Part shown: positions 1 to 11,687 of the stretch, in pieces
How the letters are laid out: every line of letters starts with the position of its first letter
How positions within the stretch are numbered: the stretch's first letter is position 1
From: Eledone cirrhosa
Taxonomy: Eukaryota
Assembly: GCA_964016885.1 (NCBI GenBank)
Contig: OZ024742.1
Coordinates: 108,748,001 to 108,812,000 of the forward strand
Direction: 5' to 3'
DNA length: 64,000 bases
Program-made: the position numbers and the translations under genes
Notes under the pieces: generated by a model
What the model saw: only the letters and a program-made list of their open reading frames with translations
What the model was told of the DNA's origin: nothing
The model's database searches: none

Positions 1-139
1 ATAGAATGAACCAAATCCTACGAACATACGATATCATAAAGAGCAAAAGACAATCTAAGTCAATTAAAAACATCCTAACACATGCCAAAGTACTGCCAAC
101 CACAACAACAAAACCCACAGTAAAAAAAAATGCGATAGA

Positions 140-529
140 CCCAACTGTGGCATATGCATCAACCTAATAGAGGATTCGGAATTCTATTTCAAAGAAGGAC
201 AACGTTTTATAGTAAAACACAATTTCACATGCGCATCAGAAAATCTAATATATGTATTAACTTGCTCAGGTTGTCGAGAACAATACATAGGCCAGACCAA
301 AAACAGCTTCCGCCAACGCATGACTGTCCATAGATCCCAAATTAAAATACGGGAATACAGCAAAATACCACTGAGTGAACACATTGATACCTGTGCCGCC
401 CAAAATCATCCCAACTTCAGAATCTTTCCCCTCTACAAATTTAAAGATAATGCCACCCACACCCAGCGCATCAGCAAGGAATCTCACTTTATTAACAAGT
501 ACGGACCCCGTCTAAACACTTCTCCCTAA
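140..529 (+). pseudogene. Penelope-like element GIY-YIG endonuclease C-terminal fragment
   Basis: Frame reads NFTCASENLIYVLTCSGCREQYIGQTKNSFRQRMTVHR...RISKESHFINKYGPRLN (IY/YIG motifs, conserved R and E, P-x-LN end); the start is approximate. Confidence 0.8.
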
Positions 530-1134
530 GACGAACCCACAACATACACACGTCAACATACATACCTACATCAGCATACATCCTACATACATCTCTATCC
601 ACATATAAACACAATGACATACGTAAACACACATGTTCTATGGTGCAACACAAATATACACAAATTTGCATACCTTTTGATGTCTATAGATATAAACGTG
701 CCGACACACAAGTATTCCAATACCGCAGGGCCTAATGGATTCCCCTTGCAGTACGTACAATCTGGACACTCACACACACCTTGGTATTATGCCAATACTA
801 TATATCATTTCACACCTTTTATTATTAAGGTTTTTGATGTTCTATTGAGAGAATCGTTTTTACTGAAAATATCGAATAATGTACGCCATTTTTACCAATA
901 TCACAAAAATACTGGTCCACCCTCATACACATACACACATATACACACACACACACATATATATACACACACACATACACATGCGTACACTAACATACAA
1001 AGAGACATACACACACACACACACTTCTCCGTATAAGACAAGAGCTGAAAAATATTATTTAACATGTTAAAATATCCCCCACACACGTACAGACACATTC
1101 CTACTGACCGATCCCTCTACCACGAATTACTCTG

Positions 1135-1205
<71 letters not shown>

Positions 1206-1758
1206 TCTTAATAGGCACCTGAACTGTTGACCTGTCAACATGACTGCAATTCACACACACATCCCTGCTGACCATTATCACAACAATGAACCTCTTTACT
1301 ACTACACACACACACACACATATTTGTCTTGAAAGACTTATTTTTCAGTGACTTCTCAATCAGCCGAGACAAACCTACATTTGGCGCAAAATCAATTTTT
1401 AACATTCACATGACCTCTACCGACCAATCAAAATTGTTTTGACCACAAGAAATTTTGCAACACGAAACTTATTTTAATACATCTGGAGCCACTATTTTTC
1501 ACATAAAACAGGTAGAACTTCCAAAACTAATCAGATTAGGAGCAAACATCACGGGCGCTCTATCTCAAAATTATTTTTGAAAAGCATTAGAAATGCGCAA
1601 CCGGTAAAAACTTAAAACCAAAACTGAATACTAACCAATACTTATTACTAATTTTTACTTATTCCTAATTAAACTATTTTTCACTGGGAACAATTTGTCA
1701 GCATTTTCTTTTCCTTTTACCAATATATCATAACTGGTGTGTTACACCTCTATTCTTT

Positions 1759-1875
<117 letters not shown>

Positions 1876-1918
1876 ACATTTTTCGTTCTACATGGCTGAA
1901 TATAATAAATGTAATCTG

Positions 1919-2052
1919 AGTTTTTCGAATATTAATAATATTCGATTCGTTTGCAATTATGCAAACAACCCTCATTCTACTGACATGGCTTTAAAAATGA
2001 GTCTTGTTTGCATAATTGCAAACGAATCGAATATTATTATTAATATTCTAAA

Positions 2053-2056
<4 letters not shown>
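1919..2056. repeat. Fold-back/MITE-like palindrome; partial second copy at ~35368-35470
   Basis: agtttttcgaatattaataatattcgattcgtttgcaattatgcaaacaa is mirrored by ttgtttgcataattgcaaacgaatcgaatattattattaatattctaaaaact; the spacer cattctactgacatggctttaaaaatga recurs at ~35371. Confidence 0.7.
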
Positions 2057-2101
<45 letters not shown>

Positions 2102-2797
2102 AGAGTATTGAAGTTTGCTTAAAGCATTGTGGAATAATAGGTAAATATCTGTAAGTCGTTTTGAAGCCTCGACAATGCAAATGGGTAAATCTCTGGGTAA
2201 CAAGATCCGGTGGTGGAGAGTGAGATGTAAGTGGGTGTACGTTGAGATGCGTGGCATGTATAAGACGTGTAGAGGAATGAAGGAAAGAGTATAAAGGATA
2301 AAATAAAAATAACAACACGAGAGAGAGTTACCTTGGGAGAGATTTAATTGTCCCTATATATTTCGGATTCACATCCATCAACTGGGATTTTTTCCGGGGC
2401 GGGGGAAAGGTTGTCTGTCGGAAAGGTGCGAAACGCGTCCTCCGCTGTTTGTTGTTTTGAATATCTGAGATATTCAGCAGAGCGCGCGTGCGCGTGAAAT
2501 GGGGTCGGTCGGGCAGAGGTCAGCGGCCGAAGTAGTTCTTTCAATTGTGGGAGTGGGGTGGCGCTAGCTGTCAGTCCATTCTCTGCCTGTTTATTAAATG
2601 TTACTGTGTGTGTGTGTGTGTGTGTGTGTTGTTGTCTCACTTGAGTGTGTGTGTGTGTGTTGTTGCCTTGTTCCTCTGTATTGGCAGTGTAGTATGTTCG
2701 TATGGTGGAATGCTACTGTGTGTGTGTGTGTGCGTGTGCGTGTGTAGTTGTCTCGCTTGTGTGTGTGTGTGCGTGTGTTGTTGCATCGTTTGTTAAT

Positions 2798-3271
2798 TTA
2801 AACCAGCCACCTCATTTCGCTTCTCTCGGATCGATTGTTTATTTGCGGTTGCAGGCGTTTGATAAAAAGTGCTTCCTTGATACGTAACGTGCCGACGTTT
2901 CTTTCAGTCGCTAGAATTGTGACAATGGGCCTTCCGTCTTTGTTTCCGCATTTGTCTATGTATTTCCTGAAAGACGAGGCCCTGGTTTTAGTGTGTTCCT
3001 TGATCCGGATGTGCAAACGTCGGATTGTGCTACCTATATAGTATTGGTTGCACCTGTCACATTCTATCTTATACACGACGTATGTGCGTAGGCAACAGTT
3101 CGCATGGCGTATCGAGCAGTCTCTGAGAGAGCACGCGTCAGTTGATTTCCCGGGTTTCCTGGAGAGGCATCTTCGCATGGAGGGGCCCGAATGGGCCAGG
3201 TGGATGTCGAGGCCCTCCCTCCGTATAGCCTTGCGGATAGCGTTGGTGGTATTCTCGCCCAGGTGTGGCAT
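2798..3271 (-). pseudogene. PLE GIY-YIG endonuclease fragment
   Basis: ORF contains YVVYKIECDRCNQYYIGSTIRRLHIRIKEH and LRIKEALFIKRLQPQINNRSE. Confidence 0.85.
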
Positions 3272-3510
3272 TTTAAGGAAGCACTTGCCTTGGGTGCCTC
3301 TCTGTCTCTTGTGTTTAAAAGGTTATGGTAATTGTGGCCGGATGGGAAGTTTTTATCTAGTAGTGAGAAGAAAGCCCTAGGTAGGTTGGTAGAGACGTTT
3401 AGATTGAAAGGAGGGTTGAAAATGTATTATTTCTTCTTCTATTTCTGTTTTTTATGTCTGGTGATTTGTTTCCTTTTATGTTACTATGGTAATTTCTGTG
3501 GTGTGGGTCA

Positions 3511-3750
3511 CTAGACCCCATGGTAATGTCGAGGTTGTTTTGCGTATCTTTGCGGGTCCATAATTGGTCTTCAAAGGTGATTAGTGTTTTACGGGCCGCA
3601 AGTATGACATCAATCTGGGGTCTAGTCAGGTCACTATTGTCCATGGCCATTATAAGTGCCTTATTTAATAGGATAGGGGAAATAGAGGTGTAGTAAGAAT
3701 TGATATCAAATTGAATAAATTTTTTATCCTTGTTATCTTTGATATCTATA
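3511..3750 (-). pseudogene. PLE reverse transcriptase fragment
   Basis: KKFIQFDINSYYTSISPILL...NLDITMGSSD: RT motif A and the PLE-type TMGS motif. Confidence 0.7.
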
Positions 3751-3800
3751 TGTCTCTTGTGTTGAAAAGGAGGTCAAGTATGTTATAGATCACTAAATAG

Positions 3801-3849
3801 TTGCTCCGAAGAATCCAAACCTCGGTTTGGAGGAAACAATTGTAAGCAA
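3801..3849 (+). ncRNA. Minimal type I hammerhead ribozyme (U4->C core variant)
   Basis: TTGCT-CCGAAGA-A-TCCAAAC..GTTTGGA-G-GAAA-CAATTG-TA-AGCAA; stem I TTGCT/AGCAA; palindromic ACAATTGT in place of stem III. Confidence 0.65.
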
Positions 3850-3971
3850 ATAAATGATTTAAACTGAACTTTGATTATTGTAATATATATATATATATAT
3901 ATAAAACTCTAATGGTGACTGTTGTTGTCAGTCCGATGATCGGACGTATGTAATTACGGCTTATATATATA

Positions 3972-4049
<78 letters not shown>

Positions 4050-4050
4050 A

Positions 4051-4155
4051 GGCGCGTGGCTGAGTGGTAAGAGAATTGGATTCGCACTCGTGAGGTTGTC
4101 AGTTCGATTCCTGGATCGAGCGATGCGTTACGTTCTTGAGCAAGATACGTCACCC
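4051..4155 (+). mobile_element. tRNA-derived SINE head
   Basis: A box tggctgagtggt and B box agttcgattcc, followed by a ttcttgagcaagatac body. Confidence 0.6.
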
Positions 4156-4250
4156 TTACCACGTCCGTTGTCACACACGCGCGTGTACATTCACCCACTA
4201 GGCTCCTATAGCTCTATTATGGTAAAAAAACACAGTTTATACAGACCAAC

Positions 4251-4303
<53 letters not shown>

Positions 4304-4624
4304 AAATACACACATTTTCTGTCAGCTTCGTACTTACAAACACACACGTATCCTCTTAGCTTCGTATGGACGTACACAAAGACCCACGCGCGCGCGTATT
4401 CGCTCGCGCATACGTACTGCTCTATATACAAAACGTTTTTTCTCCTTTCAGACGCGCTCGATCACCACCTTTTAAAACAAGATTCTTACACAAAACGTCA
4501 GCATCAACAGGTTTCCAAGAGATAGGGACAAGAATGCACCTGTTACTTTTCTTTAAAATCAATTTGTTTTCGTTTCTGTCTGTCTTCTTAATCTTTTTAT
4601 TTATTCTTTAATTTCTCATTCTAT

Positions 4625-4659
4625 TTTCTGATGAAGGACTAGCATCCGAAACCTTCAGA
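4625..4659 (+). ncRNA. Possible minimal hammerhead remnant
   Basis: CTGATGA-A-GGA-ctagca-TCC-GAAA-CCT-TC; stem I is only about 3 weak pairs. Confidence 0.35.
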
Positions 4660-4664
4660 CGCAT

Positions 4665-6100
4665 CATTACTGCTTTACCGAGCACAGCTCTGTGTGCCTT
4701 GGGTATGAACAGTGTAGTTTTTGTTGATGTTGTTTCTATTGTATTGATAGTACTTTTCGTAATATGTGTGCAGTTCTTAGTAGTGTTATCTTTTGTATGC
4801 TGTATATATTTGTAAGTCCTGGGATTTGGGCTATGAATTTGTCTGTATGTTTTTTTTTATCCTTCCTAGAACACCTATTATTATAGGTATTGTTTCTATT
4901 TTCATTTTCCACATTCGAGTTATTTCTATCTCTAGAGCTTTATATTTGGAGAGTTTCTCTATTTCCTTGGAAGATATATTGTCGTCTGTGGGGATAGATA
5001 CATCTATTAGAAGGCATTTTTTAATACTATAATATCTGGTCGGTTGGTCATAATTTCTCTGGCTGTATGTATTGGCATTTCCCAGAGATGGTTGCTTTGT
5101 CATTCGGTGACATTTTTTCTGGTGTGTGTTTGTACCATCTTTTTTCTGTTGGTATTTCATAATGCTGGCATAATTTCCAGTGTATGAAGGTCCCAACTCA
5201 CTCTATCATGCCTGGGGATATATTCTTTTTTGGCTAGTGCTGGGCACCCAGAGACTATGTGGCTGATTGTTTCTTCCCTATTTCCATATATTCTACAGTT
5301 ACTTTTAGTGCTTTGTTTCATTATGTACTTCTGATAGTTTCTGGTAGGTAGACTCTGGTCCTGCGCTGCAATTAGAAATCCTTCCAGTGCTTCGGAGCCA
5401 GTTTTGTTGATTTTCTTTGTCTACTTCCTTTCTATTTTGATTTTTGGGGTATTGGCCATGTAAGGATTTCTCTTGCCATCGTTTTAACATAGCATTCTGG
5501 GTGTCAGTTTTCAATTTAAATTTAATGTCTTTCACTATTTCTATTGATAGTCTTTCTTTGCTTTCATTTTCCTCACAATTATCTGTTAGTCCAGTTTCTG
5601 ATTTGAGTTTTTTGGCTTCCTTGAGGACCGAGAACAGTTTTTTGTTTTGTTCATGTTTCGTGGCTATTTGTATTAGCTTTCCTTTGTTTTTATTATGTAT
5701 TTTTGTAGTCAGACAGTAGTTATTTTATAAGAGTTTTCTAGTTGCATAAGGCCTCTTTCTCCTTTTATTCTTGGTAGGTATAATCTTTCTACGTCTGATT
5801 TTGGAAGGTGTATTCTAAATGCGGTTATTATTTTTCTTGTTTTCCTATCTATTCCAGCTAATTCTTTTAGTGTCCAGTTCAAAATGTTAAAGCTGTGGCT
5901 CATTACTGGGACTGCTAAAGTATTGATGCCAATCACCTTATTCTTTGCATTTAGTTCAGTTTTGTGTATTAAACTAATTCTTCTGTAGTATTCTTTTCTT
6001 TCATCTGTGTGTGTTAAATCTTATCTAGTTCGTTGATTCCTAAGTATTTGTATGTTTGAGTTTGATCTAGTTCTTATTTCTGTTTCTTTATCTGACATGA
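4665..6100 (-). mobile_element. 5'-truncated R4/Dong-like non-LTR retrotransposon (RT C-terminus, CCHC, restriction-like endonuclease), frameshifted
   Basis: GINTLAVPV..IDRKTRK..VERLYLPR; WQEKSLHGQY; CRIC..ETISHIVSGC..RHDR; PD..CLLIDVSIP..KEIEKLSKY..L..EITRMW. Confidence 0.85.
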
Positions 6101-6114
6101 TATTATTATTATTA

Positions 6115-6205
6115 AGAAATGGCCATTTGTACCGTCCTGTATTGTCCTGTGCTGTCCTTAATGTTATACTTTATGTCAACCCTTGTGGTTAATGAAGAAA
6201 GCATT
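6115..6205 (+). mobile_element. 3' end fragment of the Tx1-like LINE found at 25075-30890
   Basis: atggccatttgtaccgtcctgtattgtcctgtgctgtccttaatg...cttgtggttaat matches the reverse complement of ~25080-25160; followed by (TAT)n. Confidence 0.7.
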
Positions 6206-6231
6206 ATTAATATTATTATTATTATTATTAT

Positions 6232-6303
<72 letters not shown>

Positions 6304-6407
6304 AGATTAAAGTTTAAGCAAAGAATTTCTGCTTTCATACTCTTCAGATTTTGGCCTTCGTAACTATTATTACTATATATATATTAATAATAGTTACGAA
6401 GACTAAA

Positions 6408-6457
<50 letters not shown>

Positions 6458-6461
<4 letters not shown>

Positions 6462-6753
6462 AAAGGATAACAAGGACGATTGGTTACTCCTTCATTGCAT
6501 TTATTGGTAGGTGACGCGCGTTTCGCCACTGATCAGCTCAATGTTCGATCTGTATCGATCTTACCCAACTCAATAATCGGCAGCTAGACGGACCCTTTTC
6601 TACTAGCATTTTAAAGGGTCCTTCGAGCTGCCTATTATTGAGTCGGGTAAGATCGATGCAGATCGAACCTTGAGCTAATCAGTGGCGAAACGCGCGTCAC
6701 CTACCAATAAATGTAATAAAGGAGTAACCAATCGTCCTTGTTATCCTTTCAAT
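6458..6753. repeat. ~140-bp-arm inverted repeat carrying an atypical hammerhead-like motif in each arm
   Basis: attgaaaggataacaaggacg... is mirrored by ...cgtccttgttatcctttcaat; GC-GAAA-CGCGCG-TC at 6685-6698 and on the opposite strand at ~6513-6526. Confidence 0.85.
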
Positions 6754-6867
6754 ACATTACACTCTGTATAGCTCTACACCTCAACACAGAAGTGAACCTA
6801 AACATCGAGTGCTCACTCGGGTGAACCTGCAGTAACTCCAAATTACACTCCCTAGATATATATATAT

Positions 6868-6990
<123 letters not shown>

Positions 6991-7024
6991 ATATATATAC
7001 AATATATATATATATATATATACA

Positions 7025-7055
<31 letters not shown>

Positions 7056-7063
7056 ATATATAT

Positions 7064-7121
<58 letters not shown>

Positions 7122-7139
7122 ATATATATATATATATAT

Positions 7140-7215
<76 letters not shown>

Positions 7216-7406
7216 ATATATATATATATATTTATAAAGAATTAATATATCTAGTAACATATATATACACAGATGCATACTTATGCTAGCAAATATATAG
7301 GTTTTGTCTTAGTAACTTTGTGGTTCAATGCATGGGGATGCAGAACAATAATATGAGAGACGTAAAATAAGAAAATTATAAAATTAACTTACTTACTAAA
7401 ATTTCA

Positions 7407-7482
<76 letters not shown>

Positions 7483-7749
7483 TAAGTCCATAGAATCATT
7501 CGATAAAATATATACAGTATTTCTTCTCCCAATCACCTGTCGGCAAGTAGGCTGGTTGCTAGAAAGCGCAGCCGAATACTGCCTAAAGTTTTACTCAACT
7601 TTACGGGAGTATATAACATTCAAAAGTTTATATATATATAAACTATACAGAGCCATAGATATATAGATTTTTTTGGCAACCATTCACGGTGTGGCTCAAT
7701 GACGAATTACTTAAATAATTAACAATCAGAGCAATATATAAAAAAAAGT

Positions 7750-7806
<57 letters not shown>

Positions 7807-7809
<3 letters not shown>

Positions 7810-8353
7810 GCTCCATCTTTAACCGACACAAAGTTAAACTAGGATACTCCTGCGCTAAGAACATGAAGGCCCACATCACCAGCAGCCCTAGGAGCAACAC
7901 CCCACCAGGGTGTTCTTGTCATAAGCCCGAAACTTGCCCCCTTCAACAACAATGCAACACACCAGCTGTAATCTATGAAGCTGTGATCACTTCCAACCGA
8001 CCAAACGAACCACAGGAGGTCAAATCCTATCTGGGCATTGCCGAGGGCCGATTCAAGGAGCGTTTCCTGAACCACCAGTCTACCTTCAGATACCCGGACA
8101 GACGTTCATCCACGAAACTCGCGAGCCACGTATGGTCCCTCAAGGACTCAAATATAGGGTACTCCATTCAATGGAAAGCCATCACTAAGTCCAAGCAAGG
8201 GGAAATCCGAGGTGTGGCTTATGTATTGACGAACGAATAACTATCCTAAAGAGATTACGCAATAGTGATTGCCTAAACACGAGAAGTGGATGTTTCACAC
8301 GTTGTCCACACGTCACCAAATATCTATTGCATAACTACAAGGTTCCGGACTGA
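7807..8353 (+). pseudogene. PLE GIY-YIG endonuclease fragment (frameshift near the C-terminus)
   Basis: CSCHKPETCPLQQQCNTPAVIYEA..SYLGIAEGRFKERFLNH..TKLASHVWSLK..YSIQW, then a C-x-LC..E..LN tail in another frame. Confidence 0.85.
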
Positions 8354-8523
8354 TTCTTTGTAATTTTATTTTTAATTTTTTTATTTTATTTTCAACCAAA
8401 AAACTTTCCGGACTTTGGCAGTTATCTCCCTTACACCCCCCGCACGCAGTCTAGTATTGCCTGTGTGAAGTGACCGAGTTTCTGCACATGCGCGTTCGTA
8501 CGGTTGTCCTTCCTGTTCCTATA

Positions 8524-8581
8524 ACCATACACATCCCGAGCTGAAGATCCGCGAAGGTGAAACAATTGTTCTCGGTATGGT
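8524..8581 (+). ncRNA. Minimal type I hammerhead ribozyme in a PLE 3' end
   Basis: CCGAG-CTGAAGA-TCC-gcgaa-GGT-GAAA-CAATTG-TT-CTCGG; stem I extension ACCATA/TATGGT; predicted cut after 8570. Confidence 0.8.
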
Positions 8582-8694
8582 GAACTAACTGTTGTGTAAC
8601 CACTTCTACCTAACTCGTCCCTTGGACTGCGTGCTCTACCACTACGGATATTACCTTCCAGTGTTCCACCACTATATATATATATACAATATAT

Positions 8695-8732
<38 letters not shown>

Positions 8733-8733
<1 letters not shown>

Positions 8734-9655
8734 CTTGTTCGATCTTTATGCTGAAAGCTTATAGTTTTAAGCAGACAGTATTATTGATTTAGGTGTCATA
8801 GAAACCCTGCATTTGGATTTTACCACCAGTTCCATTTGGGTCCAGGTTTTTATCATTTATTTTGTTTGACCTGTTTAGCTTGATTTGTTTTTTGGCTTAG
8901 GTGGTTAATGCCTTCTTAACCACTTTTTTCAGTTTGTATGGCGTTTTAACATATTGTTTAGCTCTGGTTTTTTAACTATTGAGCGCTTGCCAGCATTTCT
9001 ACGATTTTGCGTTTCGTTTCGCTTTTTCTACCAACTGAAATACGATTCTCGCTGAATTATATTTGTATTAATCTCCCGAGTCTTACAAATAACCTGTTAA
9101 TAATTCTATTGACAGATTAATTGCATAAGTTTATTTTTAAAAACTACCTGGTTGAGTGCTTATTCGATTTGTGCTATCTATGCAATTTTTTGTATAATAT
9201 ACACATACTGAATTCCTTTGCCAAAATATGGGGAATTTCCCCTTTGACTTACGCATGTACGTTTACTATGCTCTGCGTCACTCGCAAAGTTGGTTACAGA
9301 GCAAAATTACCTGTTGATAACGTGATATGCCTTGTTCGATCTTTATGCTGAAAGCTTTTAGTTTTAAGCAGACAGTATTATTGATTTAGGTGTCATAGAA
9401 ACCCTGCATTTGGATTTTACCACCAGTTCCATTTGGGTCCAGGTTTTTATCATTTATTTTGTTTGACCTGTTTAGCTTGATTTGTTTTTTGGCTTAGGTG
9501 GTTAATGCCTTCTTAACCACTTTTCAGTTTGTATGGCGTTTTAACATGTTTAGCTCTGTTTTTTTTACTATTGAGCGCTTGCCAGCATTTCTACGATTTT
9601 GCGTTTCGTTTCGCTTTTTCTACCAGCCGAAATACGATTCTCGCTGAATTATATT

Positions 9656-9660
<5 letters not shown>
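8733..9660 (+). repeat. Partial tandem element, ~597-bp period, flanked by (TA)n
   Basis: 8733-9068 repeated nearly identically at 9330-9660. Confidence 0.85.
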
Positions 9661-9724
<64 letters not shown>

Positions 9725-9741
9725 TATGTATATATACAATG

Positions 9742-9786
<45 letters not shown>

Positions 9787-9789
<3 letters not shown>

Positions 9790-10049
9790 AACTTAAAAGA
9801 ACCAACACTGCTCTCTCAGAACTCATATGGTCCTTAAGAGACAAAAACATTAAATATACCATCTTTTGGAAGAAGGTTTCTTCTGCATCCTCATACTTGA
9901 ACAGCTCTCTATCTAAAATCTGTAATCTCTGCCTAAATGAAAAATTTACCATTATCTCTAACCTAGATTCTATAATAAATAGACGTACAGATTTGTTTTC
10001 TATCTGCCTGCATAAATTCCATAGAACTTTTCACAAAGTATACAGTTAA
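9787..10049 (+). pseudogene. PLE GIY-YIG C-terminal fragment
   Basis: [49 protein letters not shown]. Confidence 0.8.
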
Positions 10050-11081
10050 TATTCAATTCTTTATCAATTTAGAATCTTTTCTCAAAGGCACATATACATA
10101 CACCTCTTTAAAATATACCCATCTTCCTACCATACTTTAAAGGGCATTATACACTCTATAATACTTGTTTACTCATTACCCTCATTCTATCTTCACCTTG
10201 TAAAATCCTTCATAACATATACATCTGTTTTTTGACGTTAGAATATTCATCCGCAATCATTATTTTTTTCTCTCTATCATAAATCTTTTTAATCTCAATT
10301 TCATCCTTAATTTATTTTTTTTTTTCTCCCCATCAACGAACTCATTCTTAATACATATTAACTCTTTATTCGCATATATTATCAATTCCTCCAATATACA
10401 AACTTTAACTTCACATTATTTTTCTCAAATCCTTCTACACACAAACCTTAATAATTTTTCTCTTCGTTAATTTTGAAATTGCCACAATACTTATCAACAT
10501 ACCCTTTTTTGACGTTAGAATATTCATCCACAATTATTATTTCTTCTCTCTATCTTCATACATAAATTCCCTTCGTTAATTTTCAAATTCCTTTAATTTA
10601 TACATTATCTTCCAACGGTTCTCAACCTCTCTCTATGTAAAACAATATATCTTTCTCTCAGTTATAAAAACTATCTCGTTCTCTCTATCACCCATCTCTC
10701 CCTCTCCACCTTCACTCTCATCTCCTCCCCCTTTTTTTCATCCTTTCCACACACCCCCTCCCTAAATAAAATACTTTTCCTCGCACATATCCTCCTTTCG
10801 TTAATTTTCAAATTTTTTTAATTTATACATTATCTTCCAACGGTTTTCAACCTCTCTATGTAAAACAATATATCTCCTCTCAGTTATAAAAACTATCTCT
10901 CTCTCTCTATCACCCATCTCTCCCTCTCATCTCCTCCCCTTTTTCATCCTTTCCACCCCCCCCCCCTCTCTAAATAAAATATTTTTCCCAATATCACACA
11001 TCAATCTAAAACCACTTTTCATATGTTGATTTAAAACTGCACTATCCACAAGTGTTTTTTAGCCTTCATATCATGTTCTCC

Positions 11082-11152
11082 TGTTTTATCTGATGAAAAC
11101 ACAAATATTATTGCATGATGATGTTTGTTTTTGAAATGCGCATAATAAAATA
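11082..11152 (+). ncRNA. Minimal type I hammerhead ribozyme at the PLE 3' end; degenerate copy at ~58500-58570
   Basis: TGTTTTAT-CTGATGA-(long AT-rich stem II)-GAAA-TGCGCA-TA-ATAAAATA; palindromic ATGCGCAT; predicted cut after 11144. Confidence 0.8.
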
Positions 11153-11282
11153 CATGGAACTCCTTTAACCATCTTTTGATCTTATATTATATATATATAT
11201 ATATATTACCCACTCTACTACCTCAAGTATTGAGTACTTTGGTGCGTTATGGTCCACCTGGTTCCTTACCACATTTCCTTCG

Positions 11283-11350
<68 letters not shown>

Positions 11351-11439
11351 GATATTGAATTAGATTGAAATTGACAAGACAAGCAGGCATACAAACGGAG
11401 AGAGAGAGATAAAGGAGAGGGTGGATAAAAGAAAGAGAA

Positions 11440-11487
<48 letters not shown>

Positions 11488-11488
11488 G

Positions 11489-11528
<40 letters not shown>

Positions 11529-11687
11529 CAAAGAGAGAGAGTGGGAGAGAGAGAAGTAAATAGATAGTGTTATCTGTCTTTCCTAACATCGATCTATCTG
11601 CGTATCAATCTATCTCTCCATCTGTCGATCTACGTATTTATTTACTTATTTGTTTGTTTGTTTTATCGGGTAACGTTTATTATAGAA

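Noticed and set aside
2399-2445. GAAACGCGTC with a GCGGGG/CTCCGC stem as a hammerhead
   Set aside because: No CUGANGA-like core or convincing stem II, and only a single copy
4051-4125. Functional tRNA gene
   Set aside because: A and B boxes are present, but there is no proper acceptor stem and it continues into a SINE body
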